Assembly (NCBI GenBank): GCA_002771515.1
Contig: PCTL01000021.1
Span: 1 to 53,390 of the forward strand
DNA from: Candidatus Lloydbacteria bacterium CG22_combo_CG10-13_8_21_14_all_47_15
GTDB lineage: Bacteria > Patescibacteriota > Minisyncoccia > Phycocordibacterales > 21-14-all-47-15
Direction: 5' to 3'
DNA length: 53,390 nt
Of this stretch, positions 1 to 8,989 are shown piece by piece. The position numbers and the translations under genes were made by a program. The number at the start of each line of letters is the position of its first letter. Position 1 is the first letter of the stretch. The notes under the pieces were generated by a model. It made no database searches. It saw only the letters and a list, made by a program, of their open reading frames with translations, and was not told where the DNA came from.

Positions 1-560
1 AAGAGAAACGCCGTTTCGCCATAGGTAATCATTACGATAATAGACGCGGTGTTTGATTCAACGGCCGATACATCTCTATCGGGAAAAAGAATGTGCCCGT
101 ATGCTCCGCCACCTAGGTCTATCCGCATATGTCTCCGTGCAATAATCTCCTCAACACCACTCTCTTCCACCGCGAGCGTGAGCGCGTTATACGCGCCTGT
201 ATCGGCACGATTGCCCGATTCCATAAATATATCAACATCAAAACGCGAGAGTACGGCCGACAAGCCGCCAATATGGTCATGGTCGGGATGCGTCGCGAGC
301 ACAACATCAAGCGAGCGGTCATAAAATGGCATTACTTTTGATAACTCCGCTAAGACCTTTTTATTCGGTCCACCATCTACAAGCATCTGATGTCCGCTCG
401 GTGCTTCTATGAAAATCGCGTCCCCCTGCCCGACATCCAGAAAAGCAACAGTTAGGACATCGCCGCCTACTCCGGCAAACACGGCATGCCAAATAAATAT
501 ATTTGCAAAAAAGAGGACAATAAGAATATGCCACTTTGCATTTTTGCGGAAGGATTTCAT
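1..560 (-). CDS. MBL-fold (metallo-beta-lactamase) hydrolase of the ComEC C-terminal-domain type. Partial: the 3' end runs off the left edge of the window.
   Basis: Manual minus-strand translation from the ATG at 558-560 gives MKSFRKNAKWHILIVLFFANIFIWHAVFAG (N-terminal anchor). It continues LTVAFLDVGQGDAIFIEAPSGHQMLVDGGPNKK...VVLATHPDHDHIGGL, which is the ComEC-type MBL motif set. The ORF is absent from the track because it is open to the window edge. Confidence 0.8.
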   Translation of the reverse strand, partial: MKSFRKNAKWHILIVLFFANIFIWHAVFAGVGGDVLTVAFLDVGQGDAIFIEAPSGHQMLVDGGPNKKVLAELSKVMPFYDRSLDVVLATHPDHDHIGGLSAVLSRFDVDIFMESGNRADTGAYNALTLAVEESGVEEIIARRHMRIDLGGGAYGHILFPDRDVSAVESNTASIIVMITYGETAFL

Positions 561-719
561 TGCTGGAAGTATAATTGTCTACGCTTCGGCAAAAACCGCC
601 TGCCAGATGAAAACATTGGCAAGCGCCAATGCGGTCAGCACATATCATCGCGCATGCCGTCGAAACATTTCCATGTTCCGACCGTATTACAACATAATGA
701 ATAAAAAATTAATCAGAAA

Positions 720-983
720 TTAGGAACCAAACAGTTCATGGTGCGTGCCGATAATAATGAAATGGGCTGTACTCTTGCCAATTGGTTCATACAAAACCCT
801 TATGTCACCATTTATATTGATACTGCGAAAGCCGGCGTATTCTCCATGCAGAGTATGATTGTTTAAAAGAGGGTGGAGCGGGTTTTCTAAAAAAATATCT
901 CTCCGCTCTTTGAACTTTCTTTTTTCTCCAATGCGAAGTTTTTTGTACTGCTTCTTGAAATTTTTGTGCAGTAGTATTTTCAT
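720..983 (-). CDS. Type II toxin, RelE/YafQ-family mRNA interferase
   Basis: 87 aa. HTLHGEYAGFRSININGDIRVLY and the C-terminal IIGTHHELFGS resemble the YafQ/RelE pattern (GTHxxLF). The 4-nt ATGA overlap with the upstream antitoxin gene is typical TA architecture. Confidence 0.8.
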   Translation of the reverse strand: MKILLHKNFKKQYKKLRIGEKRKFKERRDIFLENPLHPLLNNHTLHGEYAGFRSININGDIRVLYEPIGKSTAHFIIIGTHHELFGS

Positions 984-1252
984 GCATCTAAATATACATC
1001 CATTTCTTCTGCTGTTTTGAATGGACCGTAAATATTTTTTCGCTTTTTATAATCCACGCGTGCTTGTTTCAAAAGCTTACCAACCTCTGATCTCACTTCC
1101 GGCTCAACAGAAAACCGCACCGCGCGTTCACGCACAAATTCCTTTAAATAAGCATTCACTACTGCCGAAAGCGAAAGGCCGATTTCTTTTGCTATTTCCT
1201 GCGCCCTTTCCTTAATGTCCCTATCAGTTTTGATATTAATCATTGTTTTCAT
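980..1252 (-). CDS. Type II antitoxin, RelB/DinJ family
   Basis: MKTMINIKTDRDIKERAQEIAKEIGLSLSAVVNAYLKEFV is a ribbon-helix-helix DinJ-like N-terminus. The start is taken at the ATG at 1250-1252 rather than the track start at 1288. It overlaps the toxin start. Confidence 0.75.
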   Translation of the reverse strand: MKTMINIKTDRDIKERAQEIAKEIGLSLSAVVNAYLKEFVRERAVRFSVEPEVRSEVGKLLKQARVDYKKRKNIYGPFKTAEEMDVYLDA

Positions 1253-1353
1253 ATATCTATAGTATGTACAATGGATAATTTCTGTCAACTCATCAAAACA
1301 TTTCCAGGTTCCTACATTATCACAGCAAGATTAAGGAAAGATAAAAATAAAAA

Positions 1354-1373
1354 GCCACGATTATTGTCGTGGC
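1354..1373 (-). terminator. Orphan terminator-like hairpin (GCCACGA/TCGTGGC), followed by a T-run on the minus strand
   Basis: 7-bp stem at 1354-1360 and 1367-1373 with A/T runs on both sides. No gene lies upstream of it on the minus strand. Confidence 0.3.
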
Positions 1374-1564
1374 GAAAAAAGAGATCAAAGAGCTATGTAA
1401 TACAGAGAAAAGTGTCACCGGCACATGAAATAGTGAGCGATAGGATATCAGCCATTATACGAGACATTATCGCGAGTATAGCAAATAATGTTGCATTTCA
1501 AGAAAAGCGGCGTATTGTGTGGGCAGTTACAGCCCCTTTACAAATCACAAAAAAGAGGTGTGTT

Positions 1565-3037
1565 ATGAACTTTGTATCTTTCTTCCAGAGCGAAGATGGT
1601 ATGAAAAAGCCGCGTCCGTACATAAATCATGCGGTCAAATTCAAGAAAGCATATACGAGAGAAGAACGCCTATTGGCACTCAATGATGCCGGCTGGAATG
1701 TATTTCTATGCCCGTCAAAATATGTCACAGGTTGCGACATGCTCTCTGATTCAGGCACCACGACGATGACCAATACCCAATGGGCCGCGCTTCATGAAGG
1801 AGATGAGGCGTATGGCTCAAACGAAGGATACTTTATCCTCGGCGAAGTAATCCGTGAGCTGTGGGGCGATGAATTTTTCTCCCCAAACAGGCATCCGCCG
1901 AACGCTTTTCTCTTTCATCAAGGGCGTGCCGGCGAAGACGCGCTATTCACAGAGCTCGGCGCGCTTGGAACACGGCTTATCATCCCGTCAAACGGCCACT
2001 TTGACACGACGGGCGCGAATATTGAAGCAAACGGCATCCAAGCACTGAATCTATTTTCTCCGGAACTCAACCGTATTCCAGACGCGCGATTCAAGGGAAA
2101 CATTGATATGGTGGCACTCCGGTCACTGCTTGAAACATCCGCCGAACGCGTTCCGCTCATCTATCTGACTATTACGAATAACACAGGAGGCGGCCAGCCG
2201 GTGTCAATGCAAAATATCCGAGAGACCGGCGAGCTCGCGCACCGATACGGAATCCCGCTTTTTTTTGATGCCGGACGCTTCGCGGAAAACGCATGGTTCA
2301 TCAAGCGAGATGAGAAAAGTTATGCCGACAAAACGGTCCGCGATATCGTCCGCGAAATGTTTCAGTACGCGGACGGCTGTACTGTCAGTTTCAAGAAAGA
2401 CGGGCTTGGCAACATGGGCGGAGGTGTGTTTATCAGGCGTGACGGCCTTTTTGAAACGAGGTATCCAAAGATAGCCGCCGCGATGGCAACGCGTCAAATC
2501 CTGACCGAAGGACACCCAACATACGGCGGTATGACCGGAAGGGATATAATGGCAATCACCGTCGGGCTCAAGCAGACAGTAGAACCCGCCTATCTTGCCC
2601 ATCGCATCAATCAGGTTGCGTATTTTGGCGAAGCAATGGCGCGCGCGTCTCTGCCTGTGCTCACGCCTTTCGGAGGTCACGCCGTCTATCTGGATATGAA
2701 CCGTTTTTTTGAAGGGACCAGCCATCAACCGGCAGACTTCGGTGGTATAGCGTTCGCGGCACTTCTGCTAGGACTCTACGGGCATCGCGTGTCCGAACTT
2801 GGCAATTTCGCGTTCGGAAAATACGACACATTAACGAAACGACATATATTTCCGAAAAATAATTTCGTCAGGTTTGCGATACCGCGTCTACGCTACGAGA
2901 GAGAAGACCTTGACGCAACAGTAGACGCCGCGAGCGCGCTCTACACAGGCCGGCACGCTATTCCGAAAATAAAGGTCCTTTACGGCTTAGCCCTGCCACT
3001 CCGGCACTTCCACAGCAGATTCAAACTTATGTTCTAA
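1565..3037 (+). CDS. Beta-eliminating lyase, tryptophanase / tyrosine phenol-lyase family (PLP-dependent)
   Basis: SFKKDGLGNMGGG matches the PLP-lysine motif of tryptophanase-type lyases (S-x-KKD...GG). Other family-like stretches include DSGTTTM, NNTGGGQPVS, HRVSELG and the C-terminal RLRYERED/HFHSRF. The start is chosen at ATG 1565, which follows AAAGAGGTG. The track's 1271 start adds about 98 non-homologous residues. Confidence 0.8.
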   Translation: MNFVSFFQSEDGMKKPRPYINHAVKFKKAYTREERLLALNDAGWNVFLCPSKYVTGCDMLSDSGTTTMTNTQWAALHEGDEAYGSNEGYFILGEVIRELWGDEFFSPNRHPPNAFLFHQGRAGEDALFTELGALGTRLIIPSNGHFDTTGANIEANGIQALNLFSPELNRIPDARFKGNIDMVALRSLLETSAERVPLIYLTITNNTGGGQPVSMQNIRETGELAHRYGIPLFFDAGRFAENAWFIKRDEKSYADKTVRDIVREMFQYADGCTVSFKKDGLGNMGGGVFIRRDGLFETRYPKIAAAMATRQILTEGHPTYGGMTGRDIMAITVGLKQTVEPAYLAHRINQVAYFGEAMARASLPVLTPFGGHAVYLDMNRFFEGTSHQPADFGGIAFAALLLGLYGHRVSELGNFAFGKYDTLTKRHIFPKNNFVRFAIPRLRYEREDLDATVDAASALYTGRHAIPKIKVLYGLALPLRHFHSRFKLMF

Positions 3038-3059
3038 AATAAACAGCGCGCAATTAGTG

Positions 3060-3090
3060 CCGCCCCGATGTTTCATCGGGGCGGTTTTTT
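3060..3090. terminator. Rho-independent terminator between convergent genes
   Basis: 11-bp GC-rich stem (CCGCCCCGATG / CATCGGGGCGG) with a 3-nt loop, followed by TTTTTT. Confidence 0.7.
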
Positions 3091-3111
3091 GTTTGCGTAA
3101 AACCGCAATAC

Positions 3112-4599
3112 TCATTCAACGATTCTTTTCCTGTCCAATCTGTAAATGATGACGACATAGACCACATACCAAAATACCACAAGCGAAAACGGTACTACCG
3201 GCAAAGCAACAGACGCAAATGGCAACGCGGCAAAAAGCTCCACCACTTTCAACTGATACGCGAGAAGAGCATAGGCAACAAACGCGAACGGAAGCGAGAG
3301 GAACGAGCTCGCGAAACCGATAATGCCGGTCAGAAACCCGAAAAACATAGTCGCCGGTATAAATACAAGAATAAGTAGATTGACCGGCAGTGACACGAGC
3401 GAAATCTCTCCCGTCTGGTAGAGAAGCAGAGGAAGCACAAAAAACTGCGTTGCAACGGTTGCAACAGCAAACTCACGAAAGCCCCACACGCTCGGCACCA
3501 TATTGAAATACTTCTCAATCCGAGGCGCAAGATAAATAAGGCCGAGCGTGGCAAGAAAAGAGAGCTGGAACGACGGGTCAAAGACCAAAATTTTCGGATT
3601 GTGCATAAGCATAATGAATGCCGCGGCAAAAAGAGCAACGGTAATTTCATATAGCCGGCCGGTTGCGCGCGCCAAAATCACAAGAAGCGCCATTAGCGAA
3701 GCGCGGACAATCGTCGCCGAGGCGCCAGTCATAACCGCAAACGAAATTACCGAGAAAATGCCGAGCCCGATACCTACAAGCCGCGGAAGAAATGAAAAAA
3801 CGCGCATAATCGCCTCTGCAACAATCGTTACATTATATCCCGATAGCACAACGATATGGACAATACCGGTCACGCGAAACGCATCCAAAAGCTCTGTGCC
3901 AAGCGAGCGCTTCGCGCCAACGATAAGACCGCCGGCAAGCGATACTTCCGGTTCGGGGATAACCTTCCCCAGCCGCGCAAGAAACGCATTTTTCCAATCA
4001 AAGAGAGCCAGCTTCACCGGATTACCGTGTCCGGCAGACAACACACGGATGTCAGGGAAAACCATCTGATAAAAAATACCGTCTTTTGCGAGATATGAAA
4101 TATAATCAAACGCACGGCCGTTTTTATTTTGAAAATTTTCCGGCGTTTCAAGCCTTCCGGAAAATCCAATCAGGTCGCCATACCGATACGAAGGATAAAG
4201 TGACGAGACAAGAAGTATTTTTGTTTCCGCTGGTTGCCATGATACTCCATCAAACACCTCACGCACAGAAACTGTAAGCCGCAAACTTTCGTCCCGTTCA
4301 TCAGGCTCTTCCGTAACCACGCCACGGAGTGTCATCTCCTGCCCGATACGCGCCGAAAGTATCGTGTCGTACGCCAACAGATTTGAAATATCGTACCGCA
4401 GAAGCCCGATACCGGCTGAAAAAATGAAAAGGGCGGCGGCAAAAACCACATCGGAACGCGGCACAAGCCGTGTCTGTACAAACAACGCGGTTCCGAGCGT
4501 GAGCATGAAAAATGCAAACCAATATCCGAAATCAAAAAATGAGTGGAATAAGATTCCACACGCAAAACCGGCAAGAAAAAGTGCAGGTAGCCTGTACAT
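3112..4599 (-). CDS. comEC: ComEC/Rec2 DNA internalisation channel protein (DUF4131 plus Competence domains, no MBL domain)
   Basis: 495 aa and polytopic. The N-terminal OB-like region is RGVVTEEPDERDESLRLTV. The competence-domain core is GIVHIVVLSGYNVTIV...MTGASATIVRASLMA. Confidence 0.85.
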   Translation of the reverse strand: MYRLPALFLAGFACGILFHSFFDFGYWFAFFMLTLGTALFVQTRLVPRSDVVFAAALFIFSAGIGLLRYDISNLLAYDTILSARIGQEMTLRGVVTEEPDERDESLRLTVSVREVFDGVSWQPAETKILLVSSLYPSYRYGDLIGFSGRLETPENFQNKNGRAFDYISYLAKDGIFYQMVFPDIRVLSAGHGNPVKLALFDWKNAFLARLGKVIPEPEVSLAGGLIVGAKRSLGTELLDAFRVTGIVHIVVLSGYNVTIVAEAIMRVFSFLPRLVGIGLGIFSVISFAVMTGASATIVRASLMALLVILARATGRLYEITVALFAAAFIMLMHNPKILVFDPSFQLSFLATLGLIYLAPRIEKYFNMVPSVWGFREFAVATVATQFFVLPLLLYQTGEISLVSLPVNLLILVFIPATMFFGFLTGIIGFASSFLSLPFAFVAYALLAYQLKVVELFAALPFASVALPVVPFSLVVFWYVVYVVIIYRLDRKRIVE

Positions 4600-4736
4600 A
4601 CCGCATTAAATAAGTAGGTTATGTATTCAAATTTGAATTGAGATGCGCGCAGAGAGAAAAATTAAAAAATATCCGCTCTGTACCGCGCGCATTTCATTAT
4701 CCTCACTCTCCTATGGGAAATCTATGAGCAAGCCGC

Positions 4737-5162
4737 TTATCCGACTTGACTGTCCATCGCCTCGTTTGCAAGACGGTCAGCGTCTTTATTCTCCTCGCGC
4801 CGCACATGCGTAAACACCACATTCGGCACATCTTTCACCCGCATATTCCAAATTTTAATGAATTGCGGAAAAAGCGTTTCTTCTTTTATCTGATACTCGC
4901 GGTTTAATTGTCTAACCACAAGTTCACTATCCATCCGCATTTCTATCTCTATATCCTGAAGCTTTTTTCCAAAAAGCTTTTTCGCTTCAGTCATACCTAG
5001 GAATACCGCTTCATATTCGGCCCAGTTGTTCGTCCTGATACCGAGCGGCTTCGCAAGTTCTTTGAGCGTTTTTCCATTACCGTCTTTAATAACCGCCCCA
5101 GCACCGGCAATACCGGGATTATTACGCGAGCCTCCATCAGTGTAGATAATGAGTTTCTGCAT
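4737..5162 (-). CDS. rnhA: Ribonuclease HI
   Basis: 141 aa. IYTDGGSRNNPGIAGAGAVI, NNWAEYEAV and NKDADRLANEA resemble RNase H type 1 motifs (DEDD residues). Confidence 0.85.
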   Translation of the reverse strand: MQKLIIYTDGGSRNNPGIAGAGAVIKDGNGKTLKELAKPLGIRTNNWAEYEAVFLGMTEAKKLFGKKLQDIEIEMRMDSELVVRQLNREYQIKEETLFPQFIKIWNMRVKDVPNVVFTHVRREENKDADRLANEAMDSQVG

Positions 5163-5171
5163 ACAGACACA

Positions 5172-6890
5172 CTATATCATATCAACTATTCTTAGCCGGA
5201 GTTCGGCGCGTCCGCCGAAAAACGATTTTTCAAGCGATGCGGCAACGGTGAGAGAAACTCCGGTCGCTGGCCGCCATTCCTCGGGCGCGAAAAATGAAAT
5301 GGCAGGGAGCTCGCCGCGACTTGTCTGAAAAATTAATTTCAAATGTTCCTTACCTTTACCGAAACGCTCAACCCGAAGAGGGTAAATATTCTCAAACAAA
5401 AATATCGGTTTCAGATTCCCAATGCCAAACGGCGCAAGCCGAGCTATCTCTTCATAGAACGCGTCGGTCATATCATCCATAGAAAGCATAGCGTCACAGA
5501 GAACCTGCCGCTCCCCCTCGCGCGACGAAAGCGCGCTGTACGCTATCACAAGCTCGTCTTCAAGCGTATGTATTTTTTCTTGTGCGATTGAGAAACCGCC
5601 GGCGTCCGTGTGTCCGCCCAAATCAAGAAATGTACCCTCCGGCGTCCGAGACATAAGCGCAACAATTGAGACGCCATTATTTGAACGGCATGAGCCCTTT
5701 ATCTGCTCGCTTCCCTCGCGACCCCACACGAATACCGGTCTGCCGTAAGATTCCATAAGCGAATTTGCGGCAAGCCCCAAGATGCCCGGCATCCATTCCG
5801 GATCGCCAACTACTATAACTTCACGAAGCCCACCGCCCGCTAGGCGTGCGGCAAGACGCTTCTTCGCTTCACGAACGATAGCGGCCACTTTCCCCTTCCG
5901 CTGGTCGTTTAACTTCTGCAAATGCTCCGCGAGCGCGCCGGCTTTCAGCAGGTCATTGGTGGAAAGAAGCGAAAACGCGTCTATCGGCTCGCCCATACGA
6001 CTTGCCGCATTAATCCGTGGCGCAATCATAAAGCCGATATCGTCTTCGGAAAGCGTGCGCTGGTTCATACGGAGCTTTTTTAAGAGCGCGTGAATACCCG
6101 GACGCGGACTTTTCCTAAGCACTTTCAGTCCGAAATACGCGAGCGCGCGATTCTCGCCAACAAGCGGCACCATATCAGCGACAGTTGAGATGCCCACAAC
6201 ATCAAGAAGCCACTTCTCCCAGCCCGGCGCGATACCGAAATCACGCGCTTTCAAAAGCGCCTGCACGAGCTTGAACGCCGTCCCCGCACCGCACAGCTGG
6301 TCAAACGCATACCCGCAGTCATCTTTTTTTGAATTGATGATGGCATACGCCGATGGAAGCTTTTGCACGCCATCTGTACCGACAAGCGGCAGGTGGTGAT
6401 CGGTAACGATGACATCAATGCCGAGCTTATTCGCAAGCGCAACCTCCGCTATATCCGTAATGCCTGAATCAACTGTAATGACAAGCGATACGCCATCCGC
6501 GGCGAATGCTTCAATGGCGCCCTCGTTTAAGCTGTATCCTTCACGATAGCGATGCGGAATGTAGTTTGAAAAATTCTCGTAGCCGATTTTTTTAAAAAAA
6601 TCATGAAGCACGACGCTCCCCGGAATACCATCCGCGTCGTAATCGCCGAAAATGACTATTTTTTCCCGAGCATCAATCGCGGAGAGAATCCGCGTTACCG
6701 CGCGATCCATATCGTGAATTTCAAACGGGTCGTGGAGGTCGCGTTCGTAATCAGGCGCTAAAAACAGCGCGGCATCGCCCGCACTTTGAATGCCGCGATG
6801 CCACAGGAGCCGCCGTACGATTTCCGGATATGCTTTTAGGATTTCATGCGCTTGCTCCGGAATCTCTTCTCGAACGGCGAAAGATTGCAT
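5172..6890 (-). CDS. recJ: Single-stranded-DNA-specific exonuclease RecJ
   Basis: DHH-family motifs are present: FGDYDADGI, VTVDSG and VIVTDHHLP. A DHHA1-like GGHTDAGGF is also present. The start is preferred at ATG 6888-6890 (MQSFAVREE). The track start at 6941 would overlap the divergent HIT gene. Confidence 0.9.
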   Translation of the reverse strand: MQSFAVREEIPEQAHEILKAYPEIVRRLLWHRGIQSAGDAALFLAPDYERDLHDPFEIHDMDRAVTRILSAIDAREKIVIFGDYDADGIPGSVVLHDFFKKIGYENFSNYIPHRYREGYSLNEGAIEAFAADGVSLVITVDSGITDIAEVALANKLGIDVIVTDHHLPLVGTDGVQKLPSAYAIINSKKDDCGYAFDQLCGAGTAFKLVQALLKARDFGIAPGWEKWLLDVVGISTVADMVPLVGENRALAYFGLKVLRKSPRPGIHALLKKLRMNQRTLSEDDIGFMIAPRINAASRMGEPIDAFSLLSTNDLLKAGALAEHLQKLNDQRKGKVAAIVREAKKRLAARLAGGGLREVIVVGDPEWMPGILGLAANSLMESYGRPVFVWGREGSEQIKGSCRSNNGVSIVALMSRTPEGTFLDLGGHTDAGGFSIAQEKIHTLEDELVIAYSALSSREGERQVLCDAMLSMDDMTDAFYEEIARLAPFGIGNLKPIFLFENIYPLRVERFGKGKEHLKLIFQTSRGELPAISFFAPEEWRPATGVSLTVAASLEKSFFGGRAELRLRIVDMI

Positions 6891-6918
6891 GCGAAAGATT
6901 ATAGCATATACTTGTGGT

Positions 6919-7332
6919 ATGAAAGATTGCCTTTTCTGCAAAATTATTGTGCGCGAGATTCCAGCAGAAATCGTTTACGAAGACGATTTCTCTATCGCTT
7001 TTTTGGACAACCGGCCTATAAATCCGGGACACACACTGCTCGTTCCGAAAGAACACCATGAGAATCTCTATGATATGCCCGATACCCTGCTCGCGAAATT
7101 CGCGCCGAACATAAAAAAACTTGCACGCGCGATAAAAAAAGGCCTCTCCGCCGATGGCACAAACATTGGAATCAACAACGACTCGTCCGCCGGACAGGTG
7201 ATTTTCCACCATCACACACATATCATTCCTCGCTTTGCAAACGACGGTCATCGCCATTGGAAAGGAGCGCCATATGAAAACAAAGATGCCGAAACAGAGA
7301 CCGCTCAAAAAATAAAATCAATGCTGTCGTAA
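6919..7332 (+). CDS. HIT-family (histidine triad) nucleotide hydrolase
   Basis: MKDCLFCKII N-terminus and the histidine triad HHHTHIIPR. Confidence 0.9.
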   Translation: MKDCLFCKIIVREIPAEIVYEDDFSIAFLDNRPINPGHTLLVPKEHHENLYDMPDTLLAKFAPNIKKLARAIKKGLSADGTNIGINNDSSAGQVIFHHHTHIIPRFANDGHRHWKGAPYENKDAETETAQKIKSMLS

Positions 7333-7382
7333 CAATCCACGGCGTGCACCAATTATCACCAATTGTTACTAGCTATCTGTTT

Positions 7383-7416
7383 ACAAAAATCCTAGCCGTA
7401 CGGCTAGGATTTTTGT
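7383..7416. terminator. Bidirectional rho-independent terminator
   Basis: ACAAAAATCCTAGCC / GGCTAGGATTTTTGT forms a perfect long stem between convergent genes. Confidence 0.65.
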
Positions 7417-7461
7417 AACTGCGTAATGCCCTGCGTAGGACGCTGCGTAGTAAGACACCTA

Positions 7462-7794
7462 TTATGGCGCCCAGTACCTCCGTTCATATTCTGACATTTC
7501 GGAGAACGGCTTCGCCGGCATTTTTTCCGATTGTTCGTCTGTCTTGCCCGCCTCCGGTACGACATGCTTGGCAAGAAGCATTTCTTCCATAAACTTATTG
7601 TACGCGCCATCAATCATTTCTTTCTTTTCCGGAAATTCCTCCCGCAAAGTATTCAAATCCGATGTGTCTTTAGGGTTCTTTTCAAGATGCCGGAGCGCTT
7701 CAAGAAGCCGTTTTTCTATACCGCCGAATTCTTCTTTAAACCTCAATTCTGCTTCCGCAGGTTGGCTTTCAAAGCGCCGTTCCATATGTTCCAT
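7462..7794 (-). CDS. Hypothetical small charged protein (110 aa)
   Basis: The ORF sits in an otherwise empty slot and runs in the same direction as pgk/tpiA. No recognisable motif. Confidence 0.5.
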   Translation of the reverse strand: MEHMERRFESQPAEAELRFKEEFGGIEKRLLEALRHLEKNPKDTSDLNTLREEFPEKKEMIDGAYNKFMEEMLLAKHVVPEAGKTDEQSEKMPAKPFSEMSEYERRYWAP

Positions 7795-7822
7795 ACTTAT
7801 ATAAATAATAAGCTTATATGTC

Positions 7823-8983
7823 TTATAATGCTGATGATTTCAGAGCTTCAATGCCGGGCAATGTCCCCTTTGCCAGATATTCAAGCATCGCGCCACCGCC
7901 TGTGGAAATAAAAGGGAATGCGCCTGTCATCCGCATCCGTGAAATAACTGCCGCGGTATCGCCACCGCCAAGCACTAATTCGCCATCTTTGAATTTGCGC
8001 CTGACAAGGCTCCGGACAAGCGTTTCAGTCCCTTCGCCGAAACCGGAGATTTTATAATCACCAATCGGACCATTCCATAATACAAAATGCGCTTCTTGTA
8101 TTTTTTCGTCAAGCATGCGAAGCGTCTCCGGCCCAGCGTCAAGAATCTGGTCATCCATTTGAATCGCAGCCGGTTTTTTTATTTCCGTACCGCGCTTGTT
8201 CTTCACCCGCACATCCACTGGTAAAAACAAATTTTTCGCGGCAAGAATCTCGCTTATGTCATCCGCGCGCCGATCAACGAGCGAACTGCCGAGCGGGTAC
8301 CCTTTAGCTTTGAAAAAATTATGCGCGAGCGCGCCACCGATAAAACACATGTCGGCGCGCGCGAGGTAGCGCTTGATGAGCGGCAATTTCGTTTCAAATT
8401 TCGCGCCGCCGAGAATAAATAAAAATGGTTTCGGCGGGTCAAACGCCGCCGAAAGGTGCGCGATTTCCCGCTCAAAGAGAAATCCTGCATATGAAGGAAG
8501 AAGCTTCGGAAGCGATACGATGGACGCATGCGCACGGTGCGAGGTGGCAAACGCGTCGTTCACATAGATATCGGCAAACTGTGCGAAGCGCTCCGCGAAC
8601 GCAAGAGTATTCTTCTCTTCCCCTTCGTTCCGCCGGAGATTTTCAACCAGCACGGCGCTACCGTCAGAAAGAGCAGTAATCGCCTGCACCACGGTTGCCT
8701 CTCCCAAATCAGGCGCAAAAGAAAGCGGCATGTCGCGGCCCATATACTCAAAGACCGGCTCAAGCGAGTCGCCTTTATGCCTGCCGATATGTGACAAGAT
8801 AATCGTTTTCGCTCCGGCGTCGCGAAGAAATTCAATTGTCGGCAACGCTTGTTGAATACGAAAATCATCGGCAACGCCTCCGGTTTCCGAAATCGTCACA
8901 TTCAAATCAAGGCGGAGGAGCACCCGTTTGCCTTTAAAAATCTCTTTGCCGGCTTTACTCAATGTGTTGATGTAGTTTGACAT
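7823..8983 (-). CDS. pgk: Phosphoglycerate kinase
   Basis: 386 aa. VLLRLDLNV, SHIGR, FATSHRAHAS and GGGDTAA are typical of PGK. Confidence 0.95.
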   Translation of the reverse strand: MSNYINTLSKAGKEIFKGKRVLLRLDLNVTISETGGVADDFRIQQALPTIEFLRDAGAKTIILSHIGRHKGDSLEPVFEYMGRDMPLSFAPDLGEATVVQAITALSDGSAVLVENLRRNEGEEKNTLAFAERFAQFADIYVNDAFATSHRAHASIVSLPKLLPSYAGFLFEREIAHLSAAFDPPKPFLFILGGAKFETKLPLIKRYLARADMCFIGGALAHNFFKAKGYPLGSSLVDRRADDISEILAAKNLFLPVDVRVKNKRGTEIKKPAAIQMDDQILDAGPETLRMLDEKIQEAHFVLWNGPIGDYKISGFGEGTETLVRSLVRRKFKDGELVLGGGDTAAVISRMRMTGAFPFISTGGGAMLEYLAKGTLPGIEALKSSAL

Positions 8984-8989
8984 GGCGCG

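Noticed and set aside
1271-1564. A long N-terminal extension of the tryptophanase-family ORF, from the track start at 1271.
   Set aside because: The extension is basic, low-complexity and non-homologous. ATG 1565 has a strong AAAGAGGTG ribosome-binding site and gives a family-typical length.
3548-4069. A 173-aa plus-strand ORF inside comEC, with similar shadow ORFs at 2204-2728, 15659-16081, 44308-44694 and 49824-50297.
   Set aside because: All lie antisense to genes with strong family motifs. None has motifs of its own.
4640-4700. An imperfect palindrome (ATGCGCGCAGAG…CTCTGTACCGCGCGCAT) between rnhA and comEC, considered as a terminator.
   Set aside because: The loop is long and interrupted, and no T-run follows on the relevant minus strand. 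That is too weak for a call.
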